Below, piece by piece: positions 17,872 through 27,598 of a stretch of DNA of 64,000 nt (position 1 is the first letter of the stretch; each line of letters opens with the position of its first letter). This DNA is from Nitrosopumilaceae archaeon (lineage in GTDB: Archaea > Thermoproteota > Nitrososphaeria > Nitrososphaerales > Nitrosopumilaceae): the NCBI GenBank assembly GCA_965203465.1, contig CBDBCR010000003.1:128001-192000 (forward strand), written 5' to 3'. The position numbers and the translations under genes are program-made. The notes under the pieces were generated by a model that ran no database searches, had not been told where the DNA came from, and worked only from the letters and a program-made list of their open reading frames with translations.

Positions 17872-18099
17872 ATGCACATAGGGTACGTGTTGCTCAACTG
17901 CGATCTCGGGGCCGAGGAATACGTGGTCGAGGAGCTGGGGCGCATGCCGCAGGTGAGGCACGCGTACCTGACGTTCGGCGCCTACGACGTGGTGGCCGAA
18001 GTCCACGCGGGCGAGCAGGACGAGTTTGAGCAGGTCGTCGCAAAGATCCGCAGGCTCTCGAGGGTGGTCAGCACCATGACGCTCAACGTGGTAAGCTAG
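17872..18099 (+). CDS. Stand-alone Lrp/AsnC ligand-binding domain protein
   Basis: YVLLNC...TFGAYDVVAEV...IRRLSRVVSTMTL. Confidence 0.88.
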   Translation: MHIGYVLLNCDLGAEEYVVEELGRMPQVRHAYLTFGAYDVVAEVHAGEQDEFEQVVAKIRRLSRVVSTMTLNVVS

Positions 18100-19997
18100 G
18101 ACAGGCCGTCGGATTCGAACGACAGCACGCCGATCTCGAACGGGTGGTCGGTTATGGCCTCGCGGGCAGAACCGTCGCCCTTTAGCTGCCAGTCGAACCA
18201 CGCCGTCATGAAGTAGTTGCGCATCTGGTGGGGCAGGTACACGTCCCCGCCGTCGTCGCGCACCCAGGAAAGCGCCCGGTACTTTTCGGGCGCAGAGTCG
18301 GCCGAGAACGGCACGCGCGTGCCCTCCGCCTCGGCGCCGGGCGACCGCGACGCAAACACGTTGTCCACTAGGTTGTCGTGCCCCTGGTCGCGGAACGTGA
18401 GGAGCACCTTTGCGTCCTGGGCGCGCTCGTACGCGGACGCCGCCACCGGCTGCGGGTTGTCCGGCGACGGGCGCACGCTCTCGGACGGCAACGGGAACGT
18501 GTCGCTTACGTCGCCGCCGGCGATCTGGTACCACCGGAGGTGCAGCTCTGAAAAGACGGTGTATATGAAAAAGTCGTCGGAGCCTATAACGAGCATGACC
18601 GGCTTGGGGACGCCGGCCGGAGGGCTCGCGCCCATGTCCGGCAGCCCGCCGAACGGCTCCCAGCGCTTGGGCATGCCGTTGTTGAACCCTATCGCCGTGT
18701 CCACTTCGGGTATGAACGTAAGCGCCGACTGCGCGGTCATGGAGCCGAGCGAGTGGCCCATGACGCCGACGCTCTCCGAGTCTATGGCGCCTTCCAGAAA
18801 CCCGCACAAGTCCCCGCCGTCGCCAAGCTCCTCGCGGCACTGATCGGCCGGGCCGCCGAGCAGCGCCATGGTCCGGATCACCGCCTCCACGTCGCCGGTG
18901 CGCTGCTCGAACAGGTCACCCATAGTCTTGCCAGAGTCTATCCCGCCCCCCGGCACGGCCGTCAGGGACGACGGATCGGGCATGCTGCCCTCGGTGAACT
19001 GCTCCGAAGAGCCGTACATCTTTGCAAGGAAATTGGCAAAGACTGCCGCGGGCCCGGCCTGGGCGCGCAGGCGGTACGCCTCGTCTATGTCGGCCTTGTC
19101 GGCGGATGCCGCAAACGGCGAATTCGGATCCTCCAAGAACGGGGTGGAGCCGCTGTCCGAGGTGTGCGCCAGCGTCACGGCCACGTAGCCTTGGCTTGCG
19201 AGGTACTCGGCGGCCTGATTCCACGTGAACAGCCCGCCGCCCAGCCCGTGGGCCATCACGACCAGCGGAAAGCTACCCTCGGCCGGCTCGGCTCCGACGA
19301 AACTCTGGTACTGATCAGACGGTTTCAGCATTATCTGGGCGGCGCCGGCGGCCAGTTCTTCGTTGCCCATGTACAGATCCGTCACCGTGGAGCGCACCCC
19401 GTCGGCGGCTGCTAGCAGGGGCGACGGGTGGAACGCCTCCCGCTCGACGTAGCCCTCCCCGGGGACGGCCGGGTAGTATATCATGGTCGGAACGGTGCTG
19501 CGCTGACCGCTCGCGTCTATCTTTTCAAGCAGCTTGCGGTACTCTTCGCTCTTGTACACGCCCCCCCACTGGTCGAACGGCCTTTCCTCGTCCGTGACAA
19601 AGTTGGACACCACGCCGACCGCGAACGGCCCGGGCGAATACGCCCCCGATATGGCGGCGCCCTCAAGATCGGCCGTCTCGGTGTCCGTCATGGCCGCGCC
19701 CTTCTCGGCCGAGGCGCTGTCGGCAACCTCCGTCTGGGTCGAGGCGGCGCCCGGCGCGGCCTCGGAGGCCTCGCGCTCCAGCGACCAGCCGCGCGCCGAG
19801 AGCGCGTCCACGGAAGACTGAGTCACGCACGCCGGATCCGAGGGCGCCCTGATCATCAGGGCGAGCCCCGCGGCGCACTGCACGTCTTTGGCATCGACTC
19901 CGTCGCGCAGCTGCTGCAGCGGGCTCGCGTGCATGTCCGCAAACGCCGCGGCGGCCGGGACGCACGCGGCTAGTGCCAAAACTGCCAAGGCTTTCAA
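18096..19997 (-). CDS. Secreted alpha/beta hydrolase (PAF-acetylhydrolase/lipase-like)
   Basis: Signal peptide; thaumarchaeal 'SPLQQ..GV...VQC...PACV...L..RGW' module; FPLVVMAHGLGG, YLASQGYVAV, GHSLG nucleophile. Confidence 0.8.
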   Translation of the reverse strand: MKALAVLALAACVPAAAAFADMHASPLQQLRDGVDAKDVQCAAGLALMIRAPSDPACVTQSSVDALSARGWSLEREASEAAPGAASTQTEVADSASAEKGAAMTDTETADLEGAAISGAYSPGPFAVGVVSNFVTDEERPFDQWGGVYKSEEYRKLLEKIDASGQRSTVPTMIYYPAVPGEGYVEREAFHPSPLLAAADGVRSTVTDLYMGNEELAAGAAQIMLKPSDQYQSFVGAEPAEGSFPLVVMAHGLGGGLFTWNQAAEYLASQGYVAVTLAHTSDSGSTPFLEDPNSPFAASADKADIDEAYRLRAQAGPAAVFANFLAKMYGSSEQFTEGSMPDPSSLTAVPGGGIDSGKTMGDLFEQRTGDVEAVIRTMALLGGPADQCREELGDGGDLCGFLEGAIDSESVGVMGHSLGSMTAQSALTFIPEVDTAIGFNNGMPKRWEPFGGLPDMGASPPAGVPKPVMLVIGSDDFFIYTVFSELHLRWYQIAGGDVSDTFPLPSESVRPSPDNPQPVAASAYERAQDAKVLLTFRDQGHDNLVDNVFASRSPGAEAEGTRVPFSADSAPEKYRALSWVRDDGGDVYLPHQMRNYFMTAWFDWQLKGDGSAREAITDHPFEIGVLSFESDGLS

Positions 19998-20390
19998 CGC
20001 ACGCGCGCACCCGATCTCGTTTTAAAAGTCGTACGGTTGCTGGTGCCAAAGGCCAGGGCCTCCGCCCGCACGCCGATCCGCGCACGCGTCGCCTGGCGGC
20101 CGAGGTTGCAACCGGCCCCCGTCCGGCGCCTCCCGCCGCTCCGAAGGCGCGGCGGGCGTTGCGCGGATGCCCCGGCCTCCGGGCCTCGCCGAGCGCAGGA
20201 TCCCGGCGGACGGAACCTGTGCCAGGGCGCCCGGACGCGGCTGGCAAAAAGCATTCCCAGCAGCCGCGGCGGCCCGGGATCGGATGCGCGTCTTCGCGTA
20301 AGCGGTCAGGTCGTGGGATAGCCTAGTCACGAAAAAGCGCCGCAGGCGGATCTGGCCGTGCCTAAATGCCAGACCCGACCGGCTACGTCT

Positions 20391-20506
20391 TCGCGCGAGG
20401 CTTTGTTCGGTAATTCTGCGATCCGTGCTTGGGCGGAGCCGTTTTTTACCGATCCGGCTACTGCGCAGGCACGAAAATACGAATTGTCGAACAGAGCCTC
20501 GCGCGA
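20391..20506 (+). other. Long 116-nt hairpin (candidate structured RNA or MITE)
   Basis: 26-bp outer stem and about 18-bp inner stem; five G-U pairs on + strand. Confidence 0.6.
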
Positions 20507-20563
20507 CCACGGTTTATTAATGGCATTCTGGGCCTTTCCCACAGGAGATAACGGCGGAAAGCG

Positions 20564-22174
20564 ATGGCTTTTTGCCGTTGCAGGACAGGTGAAAAAGGTA
20601 CGGCGAATTTCGAGTCACTGGGGGTAGAGGCACCCATACTGAAGGCCCTCGTAAAGATGGGCTTTGAGGAGACTTTCCCCATACAAGAAGCCACCATACC
20701 CGTGCTACTCTCCGGCAGGGACGTAGTCGGCCAAGCCCACACCGGCTCGGGCAAGACGGCCGCGTTCGGCATATCGATGCTGCAGAACACAAAGCAGGGC
20801 GGCGGCATACAGGGGCTGGTGGTGGCCCCCACGCGCGAGCTGGCCATGCAGATATCCGAAGAGATCAAAAAGTTCGGCAGGTTCACCGGGATCAAGGTGG
20901 CCACCATCTACGGGGGGCAGAACATGGGCATACAGATGGACGCGCTCCAGACCGACCCCGAGATAATAGTGGCTACGCCGGGCAGGCTCATAGACCACCT
21001 GGAGCGCGGATCCATAAGGCTCGACAGAATATCCCAGGTGGTGCTAGACGAGGCCGACACCATGCTCGACATGGGCTTCATAGACGACATAAAGACGATA
21101 CTGGAGCAGACGCCCGACGAAAAGACCATGTCGCTCTTTTCCGCCACCATGCCCGTGGACATACTCAGGCTTGCAGAAGAGTACCTCCGCGACGCAAAGC
21201 AGTTCCTCCTGGACGCCGACGACCTGAGCGGCGAGGGCATAGACCAGTCGTTTCTGGTGCTGCGCGACAGGGAAAAGCCAAAGTACCTCTTCCAGTTCAT
21301 CGAGGAGAACAAGGGCGGCCAGTGCATCGTGTTCTGCTCTACAAAGTACAGGACGCGCGACGTTGCCAGGCTGCTCGGCAAGGACTACAACTCTGTCGTG
21401 ATCGAGGGCGACATGACCCAGCACAGGCGCGAGATATCCATGTCAAAGTTCCGCCAGGGCAAGGCCGACATACTGGTGGCCACCGACGTGGCCTCGCGCG
21501 GCATAGACGTGCCCAAGGTTGCCTTGGTGGTCAACTACGACGTGCCCAACCAAGACATGACGTACTTTCACCGCATAGGCAGGACGGCCAGGGCCGGCGC
21601 CAAGGGCCGCGCCATAACGCTGGTCTCGTATTCGTCGGTGGGCGACTTTAACATGATAAAGCGGCAGATAAAGACGGACCTGCGCGACCTAAACGAGGAG
21701 ATGGGCGTCGAGGTCTCCATACCCGACCCGCTAAAGCGCGAGGTGCGCCCCAGGCGGTACGGAAGCCAGAGGCCCGGCGGCGGGTTCGGCAGATCCGGCG
21801 GAAGGGGCTTCGGGAGGCCGGGTGGGCGCGACTCCGAGCGCGGGCATGGCAGGGGCTTTGGAAGATCCGGGGGCCGCGGCTTCGGGAGGCCGGGCGGGCG
21901 CGACTCCGGCAGGGACGGGGGCCGCGGCTTTGGCAGGCCCGGCGGGCGCGACTCCGGCAGGGACGGCGGCAGTGGTTTCGGACGGCCCGGCGGCAGAGGT
22001 TTCGGCAGGCCCGGCGGGCGCGACTCCGGCAGGGACGGGGGCCGCGGCTTTGGCAGGCCCGGCGGGCGCGACTCCGGCAGGGACGGGGGCCGCGGCGGAT
22101 CCGGCGGCAGAGGTTTCGGCAGGCCCGGCGGGCGCGACTCCGGCAGGGACGGCGGCAGGTTCAGGGACCGCTAG
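20564..22174 (+). CDS. DEAD-box RNA helicase with C-terminal Gly/Arg repeats
   Basis: Q motif, AHTGSGKT, PTRELA, TPGR, DEAD, SAT, HRIGRTAR; GFGRPGGRDSGRDGG repeats. Confidence 0.95.
   Translation: MAFCRCRTGEKGTANFESLGVEAPILKALVKMGFEETFPIQEATIPVLLSGRDVVGQAHTGSGKTAAFGISMLQNTKQGGGIQGLVVAPTRELAMQISEEIKKFGRFTGIKVATIYGGQNMGIQMDALQTDPEIIVATPGRLIDHLERGSIRLDRISQVVLDEADTMLDMGFIDDIKTILEQTPDEKTMSLFSATMPVDILRLAEEYLRDAKQFLLDADDLSGEGIDQSFLVLRDREKPKYLFQFIEENKGGQCIVFCSTKYRTRDVARLLGKDYNSVVIEGDMTQHRREISMSKFRQGKADILVATDVASRGIDVPKVALVVNYDVPNQDMTYFHRIGRTARAGAKGRAITLVSYSSVGDFNMIKRQIKTDLRDLNEEMGVEVSIPDPLKREVRPRRYGSQRPGGGFGRSGGRGFGRPGGRDSERGHGRGFGRSGGRGFGRPGGRDSGRDGGRGFGRPGGRDSGRDGGSGFGRPGGRGFGRPGGRDSGRDGGRGFGRPGGRDSGRDGGRGGSGGRGFGRPGGRDSGRDGGRFRDR
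21770..22165 (+). repeat. Tandem repeats encoding GRGFGRPGGRDSGRDG
   Basis: GGCGGGCGCGACTCCGGCAGGGACGG repeated five times plus variants. Confidence 0.9.
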
Positions 22175-22649
22175 GCTCCGGTATCCCCTTTTTGGCGCGC
22201 TCGAACTTGCCCAGCGCGGCTGTCTCTAGCTCGAAGGCGTCCTGCAGCAGCGCGTCGGATCTGATCAGGTGCTCCTCGCCGCCCCCCTCCAGCCACAGCA
22301 CGTATTCGCGGTCGCTTTCGAGTTGCGACTGCGCCGACATGCGGAACAGATCCACAGACGGCCCGAAGCCGGGCGGCGGGCTCAGCTCCGAGTACCTTTC
22401 GACCAGCGAGGCCATGCCAGAGAGGTGCTCGTCTGCAAGGCGGGCGGCCTCTCCGCCATCCCTGCTGTCCCAGCCCGACGACAGGTCCGAAAAGCGATCC
22501 TGCATGGACCTCAGATCGTCCTGTATGAGCGACAGGTCGGTGCCGAACTTCATGCCCGCCTGCCTCGTTTGCTCGGCCGAATACGCCTGCCAGAGGGCCG
22601 CGGCCGCGAGGGCGGCCGCCACCGCCAGTACGACCAGGGCGCGCCTCAA
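22161..22649 (-). CDS. Membrane-anchored helical hypothetical protein
   Basis: N-terminal hydrophobic anchor then amphipathic helices. Confidence 0.65.
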   Translation of the reverse strand: MRRALVVLAVAAALAAAALWQAYSAEQTRQAGMKFGTDLSLIQDDLRSMQDRFSDLSSGWDSRDGGEAARLADEHLSGMASLVERYSELSPPPGFGPSVDLFRMSAQSQLESDREYVLWLEGGGEEHLIRSDALLQDAFELETAALGKFERAKKGIPEPSGP

Positions 22650-22682
22650 CGGTGCCGCCGCGCGCGCGCCCCTTATTGGTCT

Positions 22683-22970
22683 TTAATCCCGGTAGTTGCC
22701 TTCCGCGTCCGTCTTTAGCTCGATGGTCATGAGCGTGCCGCTGATGAACGACTCGTTGCGCACGGTGCGGACGCGGCCCACGTCCAAGTGGTACGGCCAG
22801 ATCTCGACGACCACCGAGCCGACCCGTATCCCGGACGGGGCGTCGGTGATCTCTATGTCCTTTTCGTCGACCCCGTGCTCGCGCAGCTTGCGCACGGCGT
22901 GCTCGACTAGCGGCTCGGGGTTGTTGTGGTTTATCGCGTACACGGTGCCCTCGTACTCTATGCGCTCCAC
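22683..22970 (-). CDS. Conserved hypothetical protein
   Basis: 95-aa ORF, protein-like composition, TATA-like element upstream. Confidence 0.7.
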   Translation of the reverse strand: MERIEYEGTVYAINHNNPEPLVEHAVRKLREHGVDEKDIEITDAPSGIRVGSVVVEIWPYHLDVGRVRTVRNESFISGTLMTIELKTDAEGNYRD

Positions 22971-23011
22971 CGTGCAAGGCGGCCGGCGGCCCGCTTATAG
23001 GTGTGGCGAAG

Positions 23012-23085
23012 AGCCAATGGCGGGATCCGAACCCGCGACCTTCCGCTTACAAGGCGAGTGCTCTGCCAGGCTGAGCTACATTGGC
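23012..23085 (-). tRNA. tRNA-Thr(TGT)
   Basis: GCCAATG acceptor stem, TAGCTCAG..TGG D-arm, CTTGTAA anticodon loop, GGTTCGGATCC T-arm; no encoded CCA. Confidence 0.93.
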
Positions 23086-23166
23086 GCGGTACGCGCGCGC
23101 GGGCAGAGGCGTTTAAAGTGTTGCCGGGCGCGGGTTTTTAATAGGCGCCCCCCGCGGCGCCCCGCG

Positions 23167-23400
23167 TTGTTCAAGCTGCGGTACGTCGAGCCGTTCAGGC
23201 TCAAGGTGATAATGGCCATGTTCTTCGGGACCGGCTCGGTCGGCATATTCCTGGGCCTGTCAAACGGCGCCTTTTACCTGACGGCCTTGGGCACGCTGAA
23301 CCTGTGCCTCGGCGGCCTCTTCGGGTGGATATTCTTCACCCAGGAGCCGCGCGGCCAGAGGCGCCGGCCCAACTCGCGCAAAAAAGACGGGCGGGAGTAG
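23167..23400 (+). CDS. Small two-TM membrane protein
   Basis: TTG start about 25 nt after TTTTTAATA; two hydrophobic segments and basic tail. Confidence 0.7.
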   Translation: MFKLRYVEPFRLKVIMAMFFGTGSVGIFLGLSNGAFYLTALGTLNLCLGGLFGWIFFTQEPRGQRRRPNSRKKDGRE

Positions 23401-23443
23401 GCCGGCCAATCTATAAATAATTACTTGCGCGCGCCAGCGCGCC

Positions 23444-23992
23444 TTGGATCTGGTCGCCAAAAAGATCTTCCTCACCCGCGGCAGGGGAGTCCACGAGGAC
23501 AGGCTGACAAGCTTCGAGTACGCGCTGCGCGACGCTGGCATAGCCGGCACCAACCTGGTCCTGATATCGAGCATATTCCCCCCAAAGGCGCGCCTCGTCC
23601 CCAAGACGGCCGGCCTCAAGGAGATAAAGCCCGGCCAGATACTGTTCACCATCTATTCAAAGAACCAGACAGACGAGCCGCACCGGCTCTGCGGCGCGTC
23701 TGTCGGCGTGGCGCGCCCCTCGGACACGTCGCGCTACGGGTACCTCTCAGAGTACGACTCTTTCGGCAAGAACGAGCGACAGGCCGGCGACTACGCCGAG
23801 GACATCGCGGCCCAGATGCTCGCCTCGTCGCTGGGCATACCCTTCGACGTGGACAAGAACTGGGACGAAAAGCGCCAGCAGTGGAACGTCTCGGGCCAGA
23901 TATACAAGACTCAGAACATCACGCAGACCGCAAAGGGCGACAAGGACGGCAGGTGGACGACCGTCTTTGCCGCCGCGGTCCTACTTTTTTGA
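23444..23992 (+). CDS. pdaD: Pyruvoyl-dependent arginine decarboxylase
   Basis: SFEYALRDAGIAGTNLVLISSIFPP (SS self-cleavage site), GYLSE, WTTVFAAAV. Confidence 0.92.
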   Translation: MDLVAKKIFLTRGRGVHEDRLTSFEYALRDAGIAGTNLVLISSIFPPKARLVPKTAGLKEIKPGQILFTIYSKNQTDEPHRLCGASVGVARPSDTSRYGYLSEYDSFGKNERQAGDYAEDIAAQMLASSLGIPFDVDKNWDEKRQQWNVSGQIYKTQNITQTAKGDKDGRWTTVFAAAVLLF

Positions 23993-25108
23993 CCTGTACC
24001 CCTTTAGGTAAAATAGGGCCGCGCCGGCGGCCGCCGCCGCTATCAGTGCCGGCGCCAGCAGATCCGCCCCGTCAGGCCGATCGGCTTCCCCCGCGTCGCT
24101 TATGTACAGCACCAAGTCGTCGCCAGAGACGCTGCGCTCCTGCCCGAACAGGTACCGCGCCACCAGCTGCGTCGGGTCCGTATCGTCTACCACCCACCCG
24201 GCAGAAGAGACGTCGAGGGGCAGCACCTCGCCTTCCGACCGCAGGACCGGCAGCAGCGGCGACTCGGCCGAGACCGAGACCGGCCCGGGCGAGAGCACGA
24301 ACACCTCGAATACAGAGTTGAGCACGCTAAAGCCCCCGTCCAAGTACAGGGAGCGGTACACGACGTCGACGCCGGCGTACTCTAGCAGGTCCACGCGCTC
24401 CGCCGAGGCGGCCCCCGGGTACGATACGGCCACCTGCGCCATGTACTGCAGGCCGCTGTCGCGCTTTATGGCGGTGAACGAGGCGTACGCGCCGTCTAGG
24501 AACGACATCGTGCGGGCCGCGTCGTAGAACCCGCCGGCGGCGCGTATCTCCTCGTCGAGCAGAAGGGCCGTGATCCTCTCGTACATGAACGCGGTGCGCT
24601 CTGCCGGCATCGCGTACACCGCCGAGACCACCCCGCGCCCCGAGACGGCCCCCGACGTGCCGAGCAGCTCGCCTAGGCCCCCGTCCTGGTGTATGTACAC
24701 CGAGTGGAACTCGGCGCCCGTCTCCAAGGCTCCGTTGAGGCTCTCTGCCAGCCGGTCCCCCGAGGCGCGCGCGGCCGCGCGTATCTCCGATATGCCCGAA
24801 TCGGACGGCAGGCGCCGCACGTTGACCAGTATGCACGCGCTCTCCGAGACGCCCAGCACGCCGCACCCCTCCTTGTTCGTGAGCGCCACCGAGAGCACGC
24901 GCGGATCGTCGCGGACGAGCGCGGCAGTCTCGGGCGGAACCAGTATCTCCTGGCCGCTCGTCGTCTGCAGCGTTATGGACGCGGTCACGTCCCCGCTGAC
25001 GGCCCTGTCCACCAGCACACGCGCGGTCTCCTGGAACGTGGGCAGCTCTTGCGCGTACGCGGCCGAGGCCAGCGCCAGCGCGGCCGCCGAGGCGAGTAGC
25101 AGCTTCAA
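23981..25108 (-). CDS. Secreted, C-terminally anchored surface protein
   Basis: Signal peptide, C-terminal TM and FYLKGYRSKK tail. Confidence 0.7.
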   Translation of the reverse strand: MKLLLASAAALALASAAYAQELPTFQETARVLVDRAVSGDVTASITLQTTSGQEILVPPETAALVRDDPRVLSVALTNKEGCGVLGVSESACILVNVRRLPSDSGISEIRAAARASGDRLAESLNGALETGAEFHSVYIHQDGGLGELLGTSGAVSGRGVVSAVYAMPAERTAFMYERITALLLDEEIRAAGGFYDAARTMSFLDGAYASFTAIKRDSGLQYMAQVAVSYPGAASAERVDLLEYAGVDVVYRSLYLDGGFSVLNSVFEVFVLSPGPVSVSAESPLLPVLRSEGEVLPLDVSSAGWVVDDTDPTQLVARYLFGQERSVSGDDLVLYISDAGEADRPDGADLLAPALIAAAAAGAALFYLKGYRSKK

Positions 25109-25135
25109 CCCCCCGCGCCGGCGGCGCTCAAACTA

Positions 25136-25789
25136 TTAACGTTGCCCAGAGGCGCGCAGGACCAGCGCGGCCGCGGCCGCGCCGGCCGACGAGGCGGACA
25201 CGTACAACCACACGTGCTCCAGGCCCCACGAGGCCACGGCCGGGCCCAGCGAGCGCGCCGGGTTCATCGAGGCGCCCGAAAACTCGCCGAGGATCATTAT
25301 GTTGGCCCCCACCGCGGCCCCGATGGCCAGCCCGCCCAAGCCGCGCAGCCCGCCGGTCCTGATCGCTAGGGCCACCACCAGGAACAGCGAGGCCGCCGCG
25401 GCTGCCTCGGCCGCGAACAGCTGCCAGTACGGGTGCGGGCCCGGCGCGTTGGAGCCGGCGGCCGCCTCCGATCCGACCGCGAGCACCACGAACAGCGAGG
25501 CCAGCAGGGCCCCGCACACCTGAGCGGCCGCATATAAAGCGCCCATGCGCGCAGAGACGCGCCCCATGACCCACAGCCCGAGCGTGACGGCGGGGTTGAA
25601 GTGGGCCATCGAGACGGGCCCGAACATGTACACGCCGGCGGCCACGCCCACGGCCGGCATGAGGGCCACGAATGGGAGGCCCGGCCAGCCGAGGCGCCCG
25701 TCGGCGACCACCGAGCCGGCGGCCAGCGCCACGAGCACGAACGTGCCTGCGAGCTCGGCGGCGAAGATCCGGGCCGGCCCGGTGCGCAT
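25136..25789 (-). CDS. MIP family channel (aquaporin/aquaglyceroporin)
   Basis: AELAGTF, SMAHFNPAVT, SGASMNPARSLGP. Confidence 0.93.
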   Translation of the reverse strand: MRTGPARIFAAELAGTFVLVALAAGSVVADGRLGWPGLPFVALMPAVGVAAGVYMFGPVSMAHFNPAVTLGLWVMGRVSARMGALYAAAQVCGALLASLFVVLAVGSEAAAGSNAPGPHPYWQLFAAEAAAAASLFLVVALAIRTGGLRGLGGLAIGAAVGANIMILGEFSGASMNPARSLGPAVASWGLEHVWLYVSASSAGAAAAALVLRASGQR

Positions 25790-25797
25790 GGAATGGA

Positions 25798-25817
25798 TTA
25801 AATACAAGGTGATTTAA
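25798..25817. promoter_or_regulatory. Inverted repeat TTAAAT-N8-ATTTAA in divergent MIP/ArsR promoter (putative operator/TATA)
   Basis: Seen in the 38-bp intergenic gap. Confidence 0.45.
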
Positions 25818-25827
25818 ACGTACCGCC

Positions 25828-26112
25828 ATGGATGAAGCAGACGTGTTCAGGCTCGCCTCGGAGCACACCCGCCACAGGATGCTGGTCAAGCTGTCCCGAT
25901 CGGGCAGCGCGACGGCCGGCGAGCTGGTCAAGGCCACCGGCCGGACCCAGCCGCTGGTCTCGCACCACCTGAGGGTGCTCAAGGAGGCAGGCGTCCTAAA
26001 GTCCCGCAGGGACGGCAGGAACATGATCTACAGCATACGCGGCAAGCGCATAGAACGTGCCTTTGAAAAGATGAACAAGGCCGCAGCAGAGGCCGCCCGG
26101 CTCTGCCGCTGA
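25828..26112 (+). CDS. ArsR/SmtB family transcriptional regulator
   Basis: VFRLASEHTRHRML, TQPLVSHHLRVLKEAGVL..RRDGR...YSI. Confidence 0.92.
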   Translation: MDEADVFRLASEHTRHRMLVKLSRSGSATAGELVKATGRTQPLVSHHLRVLKEAGVLKSRRDGRNMIYSIRGKRIERAFEKMNKAAAEAARLCR

Positions 26113-26135
26113 AAAAACCCACCCCCACCATTATT

Positions 26136-26777
26136 TTAATTCGCCCCGGCGCCGGGCCTGTGCTTGCCCGTCACGATGTAGTTGACCGCGTCGCTCATGA
26201 ACACGGCGTGGTCGCCTATGCGCTCGAGGTAGCGCAGCAGCAGCGCCTCGGCCAGCGCGCACCGCGTGTCCGAAGAGCCGACCAGCTGGGCCAGGCGCGA
26301 CTTGTAGAGCTGGTCCACGGCGTCCTCCTGTTCGCGTATGCGCACGGCCTTGCGCACGTCCAGCTCCGCGAACGACATGACCGCGTCAGATATCATCTGC
26401 CCGACCTTGGCGAACGACTCCACCAGCGAGGCGCTCTTGCACTCGGAGACGTCGCCGAATATGTCGCGCACCAGCGTGATGTCGTAGGCGTACCTGCCGA
26501 AGCGCGAAAAGGCGTACGATATCTCGGTGGACGATCGTATCAGGCGGAAGTCGTCGGCGACCGGCTGGTACTTTAGCAGCATCTCGAACGTCAGGTCCTC
26601 CACCTCGAGGTACTTTGCGCGTATGCCGTCCGAGAGGCGCAGCACCTCGGCGGACGCGTTGCGCCCCTCTAGGTACGACTCGGCGGCCAGCGATATGGAC
26701 CGCACGACCATCTTCCCCATCTGCGCCATAGTGTCGGAGAGTTTCTGCAGCGACGGATCGATGAGCCGGGCCATCAT
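26136..26777 (-). CDS. phoU: Phosphate transport regulator PhoU
   Basis: [21 protein letters not shown]. Confidence 0.9.
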   Translation of the reverse strand: MMARLIDPSLQKLSDTMAQMGKMVVRSISLAAESYLEGRNASAEVLRLSDGIRAKYLEVEDLTFEMLLKYQPVADDFRLIRSSTEISYAFSRFGRYAYDITLVRDIFGDVSECKSASLVESFAKVGQMISDAVMSFAELDVRKAVRIREQEDAVDQLYKSRLAQLVGSSDTRCALAEALLLRYLERIGDHAVFMSDAVNYIVTGKHRPGAGAN

Positions 26778-27598
26778 CCAAACTGGCCCTGCACGTACTG
26801 CGCGGTGAGCTCGTCGCGCGGATCTTCGAAGATCTTTTTTGTCCTGTCAAACTCCACCAAGTCTCCCAGGTACATGAACCCAGTCCAGTCCGACACACGC
26901 ACGGCCTGCTGCATGTTGTGCGTCACTATGATTATCGTGTACTCTGACTTTAGCTCGGTTATGGTCTCCTCGATGCGCTGCGTGGCGATGGGGTCGAGCG
27001 CCGATGCCGGCTCGTCCATCAGCAGCACCTCGGGCTGTATGGCCAGGGCGCGCGCGATGCAGAGGCGCTGCTGCTGCCCGCCGGACAGCTCGATGGCCGG
27101 CTTTTTGAGGTCCGAGGAGACCTCGTCCCACAGGTAGGCCATCTTGAGCGAATCCTCGGCTATCTCGTCGAGCATGCGCCTGTCTCGCACGCCGTTGAGC
27201 CGCAGCCCCGCCGTCACGTTGTCGTAGACCGACATGGTCGGGAACGGGTTTGGCTTCTGAAACACCATGCCCACCTTGCGGCGGTGGTGGACCGGATCTA
27301 TGTCCTTGGAGTACAGGTCTATGCCGTCGAGCACCACCCTGCCGGTCACGCGCGCGCTCTTTGTCATGTCGTGCATGCGGTTGAGGCAGCGCAGAAAGGT
27401 CGTCTTGCCGCAGCCCGACGGCCCTATGAGGGCCGTGACCGACCTGTCGGGGAACCTCATCGTGACGTCCCTTACGGCGCTCACCCCGCCGTAGGAGACC
27501 GAGACGCCCTCGGCCTCCATCTTGTAGGCGGGCCGGCCGCCCTCCCGCGGCGGCTCTTGCTCGGCCCGGACAGCCCCGTCCATGGACAGCTCGCTCAT
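26774..27598 (-). CDS. pstB: Phosphate ABC transporter ATPase
   Basis: [43 protein letters not shown]. Confidence 0.96.
   Translation of the reverse strand: MSELSMDGAVRAEQEPPREGGRPAYKMEAEGVSVSYGGVSAVRDVTMRFPDRSVTALIGPSGCGKTTFLRCLNRMHDMTKSARVTGRVVLDGIDLYSKDIDPVHHRRKVGMVFQKPNPFPTMSVYDNVTAGLRLNGVRDRRMLDEIAEDSLKMAYLWDEVSSDLKKPAIELSGGQQQRLCIARALAIQPEVLLMDEPASALDPIATQRIEETITELKSEYTIIIVTHNMQQAVRVSDWTGFMYLGDLVEFDRTKKIFEDPRDELTAQYVQGQFG

Noticed and set aside
21770-22165. Repeat array as possible CRISPR
   Set aside because: In-frame coding repeats without unique spacers; no cas genes in window
23012-23085. tRNA-Thr as integration site
   Set aside because: No integrase and no duplicated tRNA 3' end seen
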